A DNA stretch of 64,000 nucleotides from Eledone cirrhosa (Eukaryota). Location: assembly GCA_964016885.1 (NCBI GenBank), contig OZ024746.1, forward strand, positions 95,604,001-95,668,000, in the 5' to 3' direction. Shown here piece after piece: positions 11,060-23,720 of this stretch (positions are counted from its first letter, which is position 1; every line of letters starts with the position of its first letter). Made by a program: the position numbers and the translations under genes. Under the pieces are notes generated by a model. That model was given only the letters and a program-made list of their open reading frames with translations, did not search any database and was not told the DNA's origin.

Positions 11060-13865
11060 CTGGCTCGAACCACCAGAATACTCGAGACCGGTTTACACCA
11101 GCGATATCATGAGAAAGGCGATTTCATCCTTCCCCGCTGGGTCAGGCGCGGGAATTGACGACCTTCGTCCTCAACACCTGAAGGATGGTATCTCCTTATC
11201 GGCCGGTGACGCCGGACTCGAGCTCTTGGAGAGTCTGACTCAGTTTGTGAATCAGTTCTCTTCAGTGAATGTTCTCCCGTTCATCCGCCCACTGTTCTTC
11301 AGTGCGAAGCTTTTTAGTCTCACCAAGCCCAACGGAGACCTGCGCCCCATTGCGGTTGGCTGCACCCTTCGCCGCCTCACTGCAAAGACGTGTTTGCTGT
11401 TGGTCTCCGACTCACTGGCGGAGGAAATTTCCCCCATCCAGCTGGGGGTGGGTACCAAGTTGGGATGTGAGACTGCTGTTCACGCTACCAGAGCATTTAC
11501 CAACTTGCCCTCCTCGTCCCCCAAGGTCATCCTCAAACTTGACCTCAAGAATGCATTTAACTCCGTCAGCCGCGACATCGTCCTCGGCTCAGTAAGAGAG
11601 AGGGTCCCACAACTCTACCACTTTGCTTGGCAGGCTTATCGGGAGCCCTCCTACCTCTCTTTCGGTGACTAAATAATCACCTCTGCCTCAGGAGTCCAAC
11701 AGGGTGACCCACTCGGGCCCGCTCTGTTTGCACTGGACATTGATGACGTCACCAAGATGGGGGTTGAATTGGACCTCAATGTCTGGTACCTCGACGACGC
11801 CTGTTTGGGGGGAACTCCGGATATGGTTCTCGCCACTGCCAACAAGATGGTTGAGGAACTTGGCCGCCGGGGTCTCCAGATCAATAGCTCCAAATGTGAG
11901 CTCTGGATCCTCAACCACCCGGCTTCTCAACACCAACAGCTAATCGACCTGTTTGCAGAGTCCTTCCCTTCCATCGCGGTCCCTCCCCCGTCGGCTTGGT
12001 GCTCCTTAGGAGCCCCAATCACAGACCTGGCCTTCGAGTCAACCTTCCAATCGAAGATGGTTGGCCTTGAGCAGCTGCTGAGGAATATCGAAGTTATCGA
12101 ACCCCATCAAGGTTTCTTCATACTCAGGAACTACCTGTTTATTCCTAAGCTTCTGTATTTGCTCAGGGTCAGCCCCTCTCACAGATTTCCGTCCTGCCTC
12201 CAACGCTTCGACGACCTAATCTTCGAGAGACTCGAGTGCCTGGTCAATGTTAGACTCTCTCCAGAGTCCCTCTCTCTCCCCTGCTTCATTTCCTCAACCC
12301 ACGCTTGCTCCACCCTGGTGAGCAGCATCCTCTCCTCTCCAACATGGACTAGTTCCAACAGGGAGTTGGGTGAAGCTTTCCAGCAATGGAGTAAGTTGGG
12401 CTTGTCTCTTCCTGAGAAGGTGGAGGACAGTCGAAGTCAGAGAACTTGGGACAGCATAAGTTCGAAAGCCACTTTCGACTCTCTCTTCGTCCAGTCAGAT
12501 CAGTTTGCAAGGTGCCGCTTACTATCTGCCAGCGCCAAATACTCAGGCGACTGGGTTGATGCCCTACCCGTGGCCAACGTTGGTGGTCTACTCAGCCTGG
12601 ACGAACTTCGTGTCTCCATCCCCCTCAGAGTGGGAGCTGACGTCTGCATGGGTTTGAGGTGCCGATGCGGAAAACTCCTCGATTTCACAGGCCTCCACGG
12701 TCTTTCTTGCCGCCTGAATGCCGGCCGCTTCGCGCGTCACACGGAGCTAAACCTCATTCTGAAGAGAGTTTTGGCCCGGGAGAATATCCCCTCAGTCTTG
12801 GAACCATCTGGGTTGTCCAGATTTGACGGCAAAAGACCTGACGGCCTTACCCTGTGCCCCTGGTCGAGAGGCAGGTGCCTTGACTGGGACGTCACTGTTA
12901 GTGACTCTTTTGCTCTTTCCCACATCCTGGATGCTGCAGTTAAGGCGAGAGCCACAGCTTCCGCAGCCGAACGGAGTAAGACCCTCAAATACTCTGATCT
13001 GTCGGATAGCTACATTTTTTAGTCTGTGGTTTTCGAGACGTTTGGGGGAGCCAGGCCGCTGACTGCGAGGTTGTAGTGAACAGAATAACAAAAAATCCCT
13101 TTTATTTGTTGTACAAATATGGAATCGAAATAACAAGAGAAGGTTAAGCAAGTCTTCACATCGTGTTGGGCGCATATTCCAGTGGAGATGTGAAAGAATG
13201 GGGCATATCAAATGTCGGACGTCTTGATGCTATTAGGTCGTTCAGTGAACTCTGTCTCTCTGCCCTTGTCAGCCAACTGTGTCTCTGGTCCAAGTAGTCC
13301 AGCAACTTGTCTCGATCCGCCGAGGGCCTTGATTGGCCCCACTTCAGCCAATTTACCTCTGTGACACCATTCTTCCGCCAAAGGAAAATACATTTAATCA
13401 CAAAGGAAAATACATTTAATTCTGTTCACTACAAGGTTCCTCTCTTCACTGGCGGCTCGCCTAATAGAGGTAACTGGCGAATCTCGCGAGGATGGCACTT
13501 GGCTGTTTCAGCGCATCAGCCTCGCCATCACCCGAGGCAACGCTGCGTGTGTGCTGGCTTGCCTAAAAAATCATTAGAGAGGTTGCCCAGTACTCCTCGC
13601 GACGCTGCTGTCTTTTGCTCTGGTGTTGGCTCCGTTGTTCACACCTTCCTTTACATTTTCTTTAATATTGCAACATTAAAATATATATTTCTGAATGAAT
13701 CGCGAGCTATTTATAATGTTATCGAAGCATTTGTAATGTTATTTATGTATATATTTAAAACATATTTGTTATGTTATTCTACTGTAAATTTATTTATATG
13801 CTGTTTATATTTTCATTCTGAAAGAATTGCAAACGATTTGTAATGTTATTGTATTTCTTTTCATT
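11060..13865 (+). mobile_element. 5'-truncated CRE-clade non-LTR retrotransposon (RT + zinc knuckle + restriction-like endonuclease), inactivated
   Basis: A single frame carries LRPIAVG, KLDLKNAFNS, GVQQGDPLGP, WYLDD, CRCG...HGLSC, GKRPDG...WDVTV, FETFG and FQRISLAITRGNA. It is broken only by TAA at 11670, TAG at 13020 and the 13072-13433 insertion; the natural stop is at 13575-13577. Confidence 0.9.
13072..13433 (-). mobile_element. Solo LTR-like insertion (362 bp) within the CRE element
   Basis: TG...CA ends with 15-bp inverted termini TGTAGTGAACAGAAT/ATTCTGTTCACTACA and a 4-bp TSD AGGT (13068-71, 13434-37). Removing it restores the CRE reading frame. There is a minus-strand AATAAA near 13101. 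Confidence 0.85.
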
Positions 13866-14289
13866 TCTTTTTAAAACTAGAGTTAGTCGTTTAGTTTATA
13901 TATTGAAACCCCCAACCCATCCTATTTTATAATGTATGGGAATTCTAGTAATGTTCTTTGTTTTGTCATGTATAATGTTTTTTAATGTCGAAAGAAAATT
14001 AATTGTCGCAGGAATGCTACCACCTAAAATTAAATTTTGCCGATAGATTCGCAAAATTTAATAAGGGGGCTGGTGGAAAAATCTGAAAAATGAATAAGCT
14101 GGGGGAGGAGACTCTGGGGACTCGAATATATATATATATATCAACAATGAAAATGAGCCTTATCTCTTATCAAATTCTAGGGCAACTAACTCTATATGGA
14201 AATGTTAGATACGGTGAAACTGATCTGATCTTGAAACGGCAGTCCAATAGATTCTGTTTTTATCCTTTTAACATCAACATCGTGTACAA

Positions 14290-14632
14290 ACCCTTCTAAT
14301 AACTGCTGGATTCTATTTCTCTCTCACTCACGCACACTCTCTCTCTTTCTCTTACACACCTTTCTAATAACTGAGCTCTCTCTCAATCACACATTCCCTT
14401 TTAATAATTGGACTCTATCTCTCTCTTACACACCCTTCTAATAACTGCTGGATTCTATTTCTCTCTCACTCACGCACACTCTCTCTCTTTCTCTTACACA
14501 CCTTTCTAATAACTGAGCTCTCTCTCAATCACACATTCCCTTTTAATAATTGGACTCTATCTCTCTCTTACACACCCTTCTAATAACTGCTGGATTCCCT
14601 CTCTCTCTTTCTCACGCACACCTTTCTAATAA
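14290..14632. repeat. Tandem repeat (about 142-bp higher-order unit, CT-rich)
   Basis: CCCTTCTAATAACTGCTGGATTC recurs at 14291, 14433 and 14575. Confidence 0.75.
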
Positions 14633-14729
14633 CAGGGTTCTGTGCGTGTTCCCCCTCCATTCACTGTGTGTATGTATGTGTGAGATAGAGAGATAGATAG
14701 ATAGATACGAAAGCGTTTGTGTATGTGTG

Positions 14730-14766
<37 letters not shown>

Positions 14767-15131
14767 CGAAAGTGTATGTGTGAGAGAGAGAGAGAGAAAG
14801 AGCGAAAGGAAGCAAGTATGTATGTGTACGTAAAAGAGATGGAGAGAGTCTGTGTATGTGTAACTATGATATTTATAACAGTCAACAAATAAGTTGTAAT
14901 GTAGGAGGAGGAATGTCACTCTGTTCTGTTGTACAGTTACAGCTGAAGTGACTCTCCCCTCCCCCTCTCTCCCCCCTCTCTCAACCAGGAATGCCATTTA
15001 TTTAAGCAGTCTGCCGTTTTAAACATCAATATCAATCTGTTTATATAATAGATATTTTTTATTGTGTTATTGATGATTGCCAACGGTGTCCATTTTATGG
15101 CATAACACAACAAACATAGAGCGATTCCATT

Positions 15132-15733
15132 CAGGGCCGGATTTAATAGGGGGCAAAGGGGGCAGTTGGCCCGGCCCCCCCTGCAGTGTATGTGTGTGTG
15201 TGGGGTGTGTGTGGGGGGGGGGACCAGCGACGGCTGTAGCAATTTATTTGTGCACTCAGCTGGGCTTTATTAGTTTTAGTATTTTTAATCTAATACCTGA
15301 ATGTATAACTTTTCAATTCCAATTACTTGCGCCAAGCTAAGTTTGATATGTAAAATTGGAGCATTTGCTGTGTAGTCTATTTTTGTTTTCGTATGTGGGG
15401 CCCCCAAAACCTGAAGTGCCCCAGGCCCCTATCCAACCCTGATTTCATTCATGCTCTCAATAGGCCCTGAACTCCTGATGGAGTCGTAGGGGGAGGGAGG
15501 GGCTGTTATAATCTCAGTGGAGCTCATCCCTCTCCAGGTTTAAACAGCCGATTTCGTCTAGAGAGAGAGAAAGGACAAAGAAAGAATCAGTGCAGTACTA
15601 TACTATAATTTAAAAAGCCCAGCTGGGGGCGCAAATAAATTGCTACAGCTGTCGATGGTAGGGCCCCCCCCCCATTGCTGGGGGCCCGGGGCAATTTCCC
15701 CCTTTGCCCCCCCCCCCATTAAATCCGGCCCTG
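15132..15733. mobile_element. hAT-like MITE copies with CAGGGCCGGATTTA termini
   Basis: CAGGGCCGGATTTA at 15132 and TAAATCCGGCCCTG at 15720-15733. The shared body ATTCAAAA...AAAAGCCCAGCTGAGGGCACAAATAAATTGC recurs at about 10070-10355, 20610-20930, 28775-29040, 44045-44335, 49775-50025 and 62990-63220. Confidence 0.65.
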
Positions 15734-16039
15734 GATCGAGTGACTACAGAAAGGCTTTCTAGTTTCTAGCTGGCTTATGTGATGTTCATGTTATTTTGCT
15801 CCAGATCAACCATTAGCAAGTACCCTTTTGATCAAAGGCATTCCAACCATGGCTATCCTACTTTACTTTACGACTACATTATCCAGTGTATCATTTCTTT
15901 TCTAGGATACTAGAGTGTGATTTGAGGGAGATTTAGTTACTATTTCTGCAGTAGCTTCACTCTGGCTGGAATCCCTGTGGTATTTACTGTAGGAAGCAAA
16001 TCAGTGCTGCAAAAACTAACTTAGGGTTTCCCAACCTCA

Positions 16040-16750
16040 GCGATATTGGCCACTGGTGGGGAATTTCAACGGTGGATGATGAGCAAGCGAACAGAAAATG
16101 GTGGGTGACTGGAAATTTTGGTGGCCGATATAGGATTTTGCTGCGAAAACTGAGACTCTCATCTTCTCAAGGAAGCCTGTACAGTGCACACTACATGTGA
16201 ATGGAATTCCACTGAAGATGGGGAAGAAGTTCAAGTACTTCGGGGCTGTGTTCATGAGTGATGGAAGGCAGGAGGCTTATTTAAGTGCAAAAGTTGCAGG
16301 AGCTGGTGCAGTAATGTGCCAACTTCAGCATTTGTTAATCAGAAGAAGGGAGGTAGGTGTAAAAGCCTAACTCGCTGTCTTCAATTCAGTATTCGTGCCA
16401 ACCCTTACCTATGGTCATGAATCTTGGGTAATGACTGAAAGAATAAGATCATGAATACAATTGGCCAAAATGGGTTCTTCCAAAGGGTCTTTGGAGTAAC
16501 ATTACTCGATAGACAACATAGCTCAGAGATAAGAGTCACTTCAGATAGAGCCACTACTTCTCTGAATTGAGAGATCACAGCTCCAATTCTATGGGCATGT
16601 GGTTAGAATGTCTAAGGAAAGAATCGCTAGACAGATTTTATGGACAAAACCAACTGGCTGGTCTTGCTTGGGATCCAGCTGGATCAGTTGGAGATGGTTG
16701 CTTCTGACAGGACCCGCTGGAAGGAGTGTTTGAGGACTCTGCCCCCATGA
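16040..16750 (+). mobile_element. RTE-clade LINE 3' fragment, decayed
   Basis: Translates to KFKYFGAVFMSDGR...LTYGHESWVMTERIRS...; inverted copies at about 31515-31990 and 34035-34275. Confidence 0.7.
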
Positions 16751-17031
16751 CTCAACTCAATTTTTTGAGACCCCAGAGTAGTAAAATAAAATTAAAATCA
16801 AAACAAACCCGCTATATTTTTTTATATGAATAAATTCTCTGATTAAAACAATTTTTGTTTCATTTAACATCTTATTAAAATTAGGGAGATGGGGATTGTC
16901 TGAAAATTATAGGCAGTAAATTTTGTTATTAAAGAATTGAAGCCCTTACCTCTACTAAAGTAAGGGGTAGTCTTGTCAACCCCTGGCAGATTTCACATGG
17001 ACTTTTCAGTTTAATATTCTTTTTATATAGT

Positions 17032-17260
17032 TTAACCCTTTAGCATTTACATTACTCTATATATACTATTGTATTTTCACGGTAAAGGCTTTATCTTATA
17101 TAATTATCTCACATAGTATTGAATCTCCAAGATTTTGATGTTACTTATTTTGAGAACAATACCTTAATGTCAGTATGGGCGGCCAGTTACAGCCAGTTTG
17201 AACAGAAAGAAGTGAGAGAGTTCTAGCCGGATACAGCTGGTTTAAATGCTAAAGGGTTAA
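17032..17260. mobile_element. Non-autonomous piggyBac-like MITE (representative; more than 10 copies)
   Basis: TTAA|CCCTTTAGCATTTA...TAAATGCTAAAGGG|TTAA. Other copies at about 17977-18203, 18750-18976, 20288-20584, 23140-23350, 24128-24332, 27948, 43606-43831, 48684-48891 and 56026-56231. Confidence 0.8.
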
Positions 17261-17449
17261 CCCTTTCATTACCATTTATAAGGCCATCTTCCTTGCTAAG
17301 CAGGGGTTAGCCTTGTGGGTTTCATGACACACTTCTCCAGTTTTCCCTATCATCTGCATCCCTACTCACCAACTCCTTGGCTTTCATTTCCTCTTTAGTG
17401 ATATCTTTCTTTGTTTTCCCTTTACTCTGCTTCCTTCCACATTCATTCA

Positions 17450-17832
17450 CATTACTCTTCTCATCCAGTCACTTTCGTCCTTCCTCAACACATGAGCTGA
17501 TCATCTCACTCCATTACTCTTCTCATCCAGTCACTTTCGTCCTTCCTCAACACATGAGCTGATCATCTCACTCCATTACTCTTCTCATCCAGTCACTTTC
17601 GTCCTTCCTCAACACATGAGCTGATCATCTCACTCCATTACTCTTCTCATCCAGTCACTTTCGTCCTTCCTCAACACATGAGCTGATCATCTCACTCCAT
17701 TACTCTTCTCATCCAGTCACTTTCGTCCTTCCTCAACACATGAGCTGATCATCTCACTCCATTACTCTTCTCATCCAGTCACTTTCGTCCTTCCTCAATA
17801 CATGAGCTGATCATCTCACTCCATTACTCTTC
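17450..17832. repeat. 62-bp minisatellite, about 6 copies, derived from an RTE LINE fragment
   Basis: Unit CCATTACTCTTCTCATCCAGTCACTTTCGTCCTTCCTCAACACATGAGCTGATCATCTCACT; the minus strand reads HVLRKDESDWMRRVME. Confidence 0.85.
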
Positions 17833-20800
17833 CCAACATTCATTGCTGTTTCTATTTGTAAGAAGCAAGTAAAAGAGTTAGTGCTAGGAAGGGCATTTGA
17901 CCATGAAACAATACCTCCAAAAGGACCTAATAAATTTCTCAGTATCTTACTGGTATTTTATTTTATCAAATTTCTTTAACCCTTCAACATTTACATTATT
18001 CTATATTTACTATTGTATTTTCACAGCAAAGGTTTTATCTTAGATAATTATCTCACATAATATCAAATCTACGAGATTTTGATGTTATTTATTTTGAGAA
18101 CAATACCTTAATGTCAGTATGGGTGGTCAATTACAGCCGGTTTGAACAGAAAGAGGTGAGAGTGTTCTGGCCGGATTTGGCTGGTTTAAATGCTAAAGGG
18201 TTAAGTCTCAACTTGAATTTAGAATACTGAAATTTGTAACTAAATACCGCGAGCTGTTTGGTTTGGCATCTTACCATTTCTGGTAACAATATCAAACTGG
18301 AAGGTAGAAATTTGAAGAAAATTTCCTATAGATGATGGAAAACTATAACTGCAGATTCTTATCATGAAGTGTGTGGAATTTTTGGCTCCTATCTCAAGAC
18401 AAAATATAACCTTTGTATTTAGAAATATGTGAATAAGGCATTCCATCTGAAAGGGTTGAAATATAATACCAGTCGAAATTTATACATCAAACCAGATAAG
18501 GGTTTCTTTAGTTTTATATTATGCCTTTCGATGAAAGGCTTTTGTGGCTAAGTGTTTAGGGTACTGGGTTCATTATCGTAAAATTGTGAGTTGGATTCCT
18601 AGACCATGCTCTGTGTTGTATCCTTGAGAAAGACACTTTAATTTATATTGCTCTAGCCCAGAGGTTCTCCCCGGGGGACGTTGAGAAAGTCCAGGGGGTG
18701 CTGTGGCCTAAGAGGTTAGTGGCAGGGGTGGTAGAGATGATATACTATATTAACCCTTTAATGTTCAAACCGGCCAAAACCGGCCAGAATTCTCTACCTT
18801 TTTCTGTTGGAACTGGCTGTAACTGGTCCCTCAAACTGATGTTAAGGTATTGTTCTCAAAATAAATACTTTCAAAATCTCATAGATTCGATATTATGTGA
18901 GATAATTATGTGAGATAAAGCATTTACCATGAAAATATAATAGTATATATAGAGTAATGTGAATGCTAAAGGGTTAAATATCAAATGATACATATTATAT
19001 ATAATGGTTAACTTTGCCTTTCATCCTTACAGGGTCGATAAAATAAAGTACCAGTAATGCACTGGGTAATTGCTGGCCTTGTGCCAAAAGTAGAAACAAT
19101 TATATATAAATATAGTAAATAAAAAAAATGTATATTTTATTTATACATAGTATATATTATGTTATTTATCATATATAAATTAACGATTTAGGTAGGTATC
19201 TCTGGAAATAGGGTTGGGGGTCACTGAGGGTATTATGTGGCAATGAGAGGAGCGGTGGCCCCAAAAGTTTGAGAATCTCTGCTCTAGCCCACCCAGCTGG
19301 AAAAAATGAATTGCAATAACACTAGTACTGAGCTGTATTAGTCTTTGCCTTTCCTTTGGACAACATTGGTGTAGTGAAGCGTGGAAACCTGCATGTGCGG
19401 GCAACTCTTGGTCTTCCATAAATCATCCTGTCCAGGCTTGTGCCTTAGAGAGATAAACCCATGGTCAGTTAGTCATAGGTACATAATCTGTAGCTAATGG
19501 AGTTGTAGGGGTGCTGTTCCGACATATGGTAAGTCTTAGACACCTAAACTTGGTGGAGACAATCCCTCTCCATGAAGTTTCTTTTAGAGAGAAAGAAGAA
19601 TCAACCTTAAACTGATACTTTATTTTATTTACCCTGAGAGGTTGTAAGACAAAGTTGACCTCAATGGGATTTGAAATCAGAGCACAAAGAACCAGAACAA
19701 ATAGAGAGTGTACTGGGTACATTTTATCATGACACCAGCACAACCACTTTACAGAGTATTAGGTGCATTTTATTCAAGCACCAGTACTACCACTTTACAG
19801 AGTGTACTGGGTGCATTTTATCATGACACCAGTACTACCATTTTACAGAATGTAGTGGGTGCATTTTATGACACCAGTACTACCATTAATTAAGCGAATG
19901 AGGTCTGGGATTTTGTTGATTGACAATTATATCATCATCATCATCTTTTTTATTTGAGTAAAATGGCACACCGTGTTCCAGTTGATACAATCAACAGAAC
20001 AGCCTGTCGGGAAATTAACATGTGGGTGGCTAAACAGACACACATACCCTTAACGTAGTTCTCAGGGAGATTCAGCATAACACAGAATTTACAGGTACAA
20101 CACAATTCTTACCAGCTGAGTGGACTGGAGCATGTAAAATAAAGTATCTTGCTCAAAGACACCAACTAGGAATTGAACTCATGACCTTATGATTGTGAGC
20201 TGAATATCCTGGCCACAAAGTCATCTACCTCCATTGTTTGAGTAAGTTGATAACAGAAATCATTACTGGAAAAAATCTTGAATACTTTTAACCCTTTAGC
20301 ATTTACAATACTTTATATTTACTATTGTATTTTCACAGTAAAATTATCTCACATAATATTGAATCTATGAGATATCTTACTTAATGTAGGTTTGAGTGGC
20401 CAGTTACAGCCAGTTTGAACAGAAACTGTTGAAACTGGCTGTAACTGGTCACTCAAACTGATGTTAAGGTATTGTTTTCAAAATCTCATAGATTCGATAT
20501 TATGTGAGATAATTATGTGAGATAAAGCATTTACCATGAAAATATAATAGTATATATAGAGTAATGTGAATACTAAAGGGTTAAACAGAGTTATATTACA
20601 TGGGCGGGCACGGCCTGATTCAATGGGGGGTAAAGGGGGCAATTGCCCCGGGCCCTCTGCAGTGTGTGTGTTGGGAGGGCACTAGCGATGGCAGTAGCAA
20701 TTTATTTGTGCTCTCATCTTGGCTAGATTTAGGGTGGTTAGAATGTTTGAATTGAATACCTGTATGTATAACTTTTCAATTCTAATTACTTGCGCCAAGC

Positions 20801-22189
20801 TAACTTTGATATGGAAAATTGGGGGGGGGGGGGAGGAGATTAGGTGTGTATTCTAATATTTTGTGTAAGAGTGCCCCTGACCTCCCCAACCTGAAGTGCC
20901 CTAGGCCCTCCAAGGTCTAAATCCAACCCTGAATACAAGAACAAGACTGGAAAGTCCAAGTGACTGGTCAAAAGTAGTTGATATGTTATTCAACAATAGA
21001 AAAAAGAGTTAATATTGAAGAAAAAAAAAATTCCGGACATCATTTCTAAAATAATTTATAATTCTAGCTTAAATGTAAAATTGGGGAGGTTTGCTGTGTA
21101 TTTTAATATTTTGGGTATGAGTTACCCCCCCCCCCCCCCTCCCCCCGATGAAGTGCCACAGAAGTGCCCCCTCCCCCGAAGTGCCCCCCCCCCCATCTAA
21201 GCCCAACCTGCTGGTGGGCTTAGATTGAGTGTCATAGGAAATAAAGTATTTCTTATGTACTTCTACATTTTGAATCTAATGTGTTTTCCAAATTGCTCTG
21301 TCGTGTGTCCATTGACTGGCAGTTGATGTTGTTGTTGTTGTTGTTGATGTCATTGCTCTTCCTGCTGCTGCTGCTACAAATGGTGGTGCATATTTTGGTA
21401 TTATCCACATTTCCTTGATGTCACTGTAGTTGTCTCTGACATCAATGCTTTTGGTTGCTATGGCAACACTAGCAGCAGCAGCAGCAGCAGCAGCAGCAGT
21501 TGCTGTAACAGAGATGCCACATGGTTTGCAACTATAGTTTAGCCATTATCACTCTCACTTTACTCTCTTCTTCCTCAAGTAAAACTATTACCATTTTCTC
21601 AATGGAAACAAAAGAATGGTGCTGGTCATCTAACACATGGTGTTTATGAGGCTGTTTGCTTGCTAACAAACTGAATATTAATAATATTATGATATTATTA
21701 TGTGAATTGACAGTATCGGTAAAGGGTTGGATGCCATACTTTCTAGCATAGTTACGTCCCTTTACAGTCTGAGTTCAAATCCTGCCGAGGTTAACTTTGC
21801 CTTTCATCCTTACGAGGTCGATAAAATAAAGTACCAGTAATGTACTGGGATAATTGCTGGCCTTGTGCCTAAAGTAGAAACAATTAATATTCACTCATGA
21901 ATACATGCATATATATACAAAATTGCTCCAGTTTACTCAGCTGTAGAAATGAGATGATAGGACTGGGGTCCCTATCATTCCACTGCAAAAAAAGCACCCA
22001 GCACTCACTGAAAATGAGGCTGGTGTTAGGAAGGGCATCCAGCTGTAGAAATCAAGCCAGAATCAGTTCCCGTCTCACCCTTGCAAGCAGGGAAAAGCGG
22101 ATGTAAAATGATGATGATGATAATATATTTTATATCTCTATATATATATATATATATATAATTCGTTTTTTAATTTGTTATGCAAGATT

Positions 22190-22785
22190 TCTTATCTGAA
22201 AACGTGTGTTGAAACAGATATTGTACTTTGGGAGGGTCATGTTACCAATAAAAACACACGCACCTGTTGGTTTTCACTTCAATTTATTACAAGTTTCCGG
22301 TTGGTTTGTTCAATAACTGGAATGTTGTTTATATATTGTCAAAGCTCTTTCGTCACACATTCTGTGACCTCCTCAGTGACTAGGTTTTTATTTTGTGTGT
22401 CTCTCCTTTGTTCTGTCCTACACTATCTTGTTTTTGTGTGTTGTGTGTTTAGTTTGTGCATGTGTTACACCTGTGTGTGTGTATTTATTTATTTATGTGT
22501 TTATTTACTTGTTCTATCTGTGTGTGTCTGATTTGTTTTGTTAGTTTGGTTTTTGTGTGTGTCTGTATGTCTTCATTTTATCCTTAATTACTAGTTGTGA
22601 TGTTGCTATTCCACTCATGTTTTCTGTTTAATTTTGGTTGTAGTTCATTTATATTTGTTGCCTCTGTGATTTGCTTGAGCATTGCATCTTTTCTGTGTGT
22701 GGATATAATTTTTTGATATAATAAATTGAAGTGAAGGCCAACAGGTGGATGTGTTTTTATTGGCAACATGACCCTCCCAAAATAG

Positions 22786-22790
<5 letters not shown>
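22190..22790 (-). mobile_element. Penelope-like element 3' end with inverted terminal copy
   Basis: Minus-strand KIISTHRKDAMLKQITEATNINELQPKLNRKHEW resembles a GIY-YIG C-terminus. It is followed by a hammerhead (22338-22380). Arms 22231-22290 and 22720-22778 are inverted repeats, and the element is flanked by (TA)n. Confidence 0.75.
22338..22380 (-). ncRNA. Minimal type I hammerhead ribozyme
   Basis: gtca-CTGAGGA-[ggtcacagaatgtgtgac]-GAAA-gagc-TT-tgac. Confidence 0.75.
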
Positions 22791-22824
<34 letters not shown>

Positions 22825-22834
22825 TGTATGTATG

Positions 22835-22874
<40 letters not shown>

Positions 22875-23475
22875 CATGATAAATTAACTGTAGATATGGT
22901 CATATGTGGAGTTAACACAAAAGGAATGACCACACATCTCTTCTGTTGGCCAGTTCCATGATGATAAAAATTGTTTGTTTTGCAGTATTTATATTTATCT
23001 AAAAACCGTTTGCCATAATTATGTGTTATTTTCCAAACACCAGCTTAATAATGAGAAAGTTATATATTTTACTAAATCCCTTAAAATTATTTGAAAATCA
23101 TGAGTAAAATCTTTTTCAGAAATATAGTAATGATAGGATTAACCCTGTAGCATTTATATTACTCTATATTTACTATTATATTTTCACGGTAAACACTTTA
23201 TCTCACATAATCATCTCCCATAATATCGAATCTATGAGATTTTGAACAATATCTTAATGTAGATATGAATGGCCAGTTACAGCTGGTTTGAACAGAAAGA
23301 GCTTAGTGAGATCTGGCCAGATATAGCCAGTTTAAATGCTAAAGGGTTAAACCACATGTTTTTTGTGGACAATTTGAAAATGTTTGTGAAGTCTGAAACA
23401 CACTGGAGTCATTAGAGCAGATAAGTCCTGAGATGCAGATAGTGTGGTGATACAGATAGTGTGGATGTGGGGCTA

Positions 23476-23720
23476 GTCTGGAGGTGTAGATATTGTCTGG
23501 AGGTGTAGATATTGTCTGGAAGTATAGATATTGTCTGGAGGTATAGATATTGTCTGGAGGTATAGATATTGTCTGGAGGTGTAGATATTGTCTGGAGGTG
23601 TAGATATTGTCTGGAGGTGTAGATATTGTCTGTAGGTGAAGATATTGTCTGGAGAAGAAGATATTATCTGGAGGTGAAGATATTGTCTGGAGAAGAAGAT
23701 ATTATCTGGAGGTGAAGATA
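23476..23720. repeat. 19-bp minisatellite TATTGTCTGGAGGTGTAGA
   Basis: About 12 tandem copies. Confidence 0.9.

Noticed and set aside
11031-13022. ORFs 11031..11672 and 11757..13022 as two genes
   Set aside because: They are one CRE retrotransposon frame broken by a nonsense codon, and the first 10 codons come from the flanking MITE.
22886-23015. Apparent minus-strand H/ACA snoRNA (hairpin-ACAGAA-hairpin-ACA, 130 nt)
   Set aside because: The 5' hairpin region is homologous to the dispersed TTAA MITE seen at 47440-47590 and 51770-51860, and the 3' pocket is self-paired, so it is likely coincidental.
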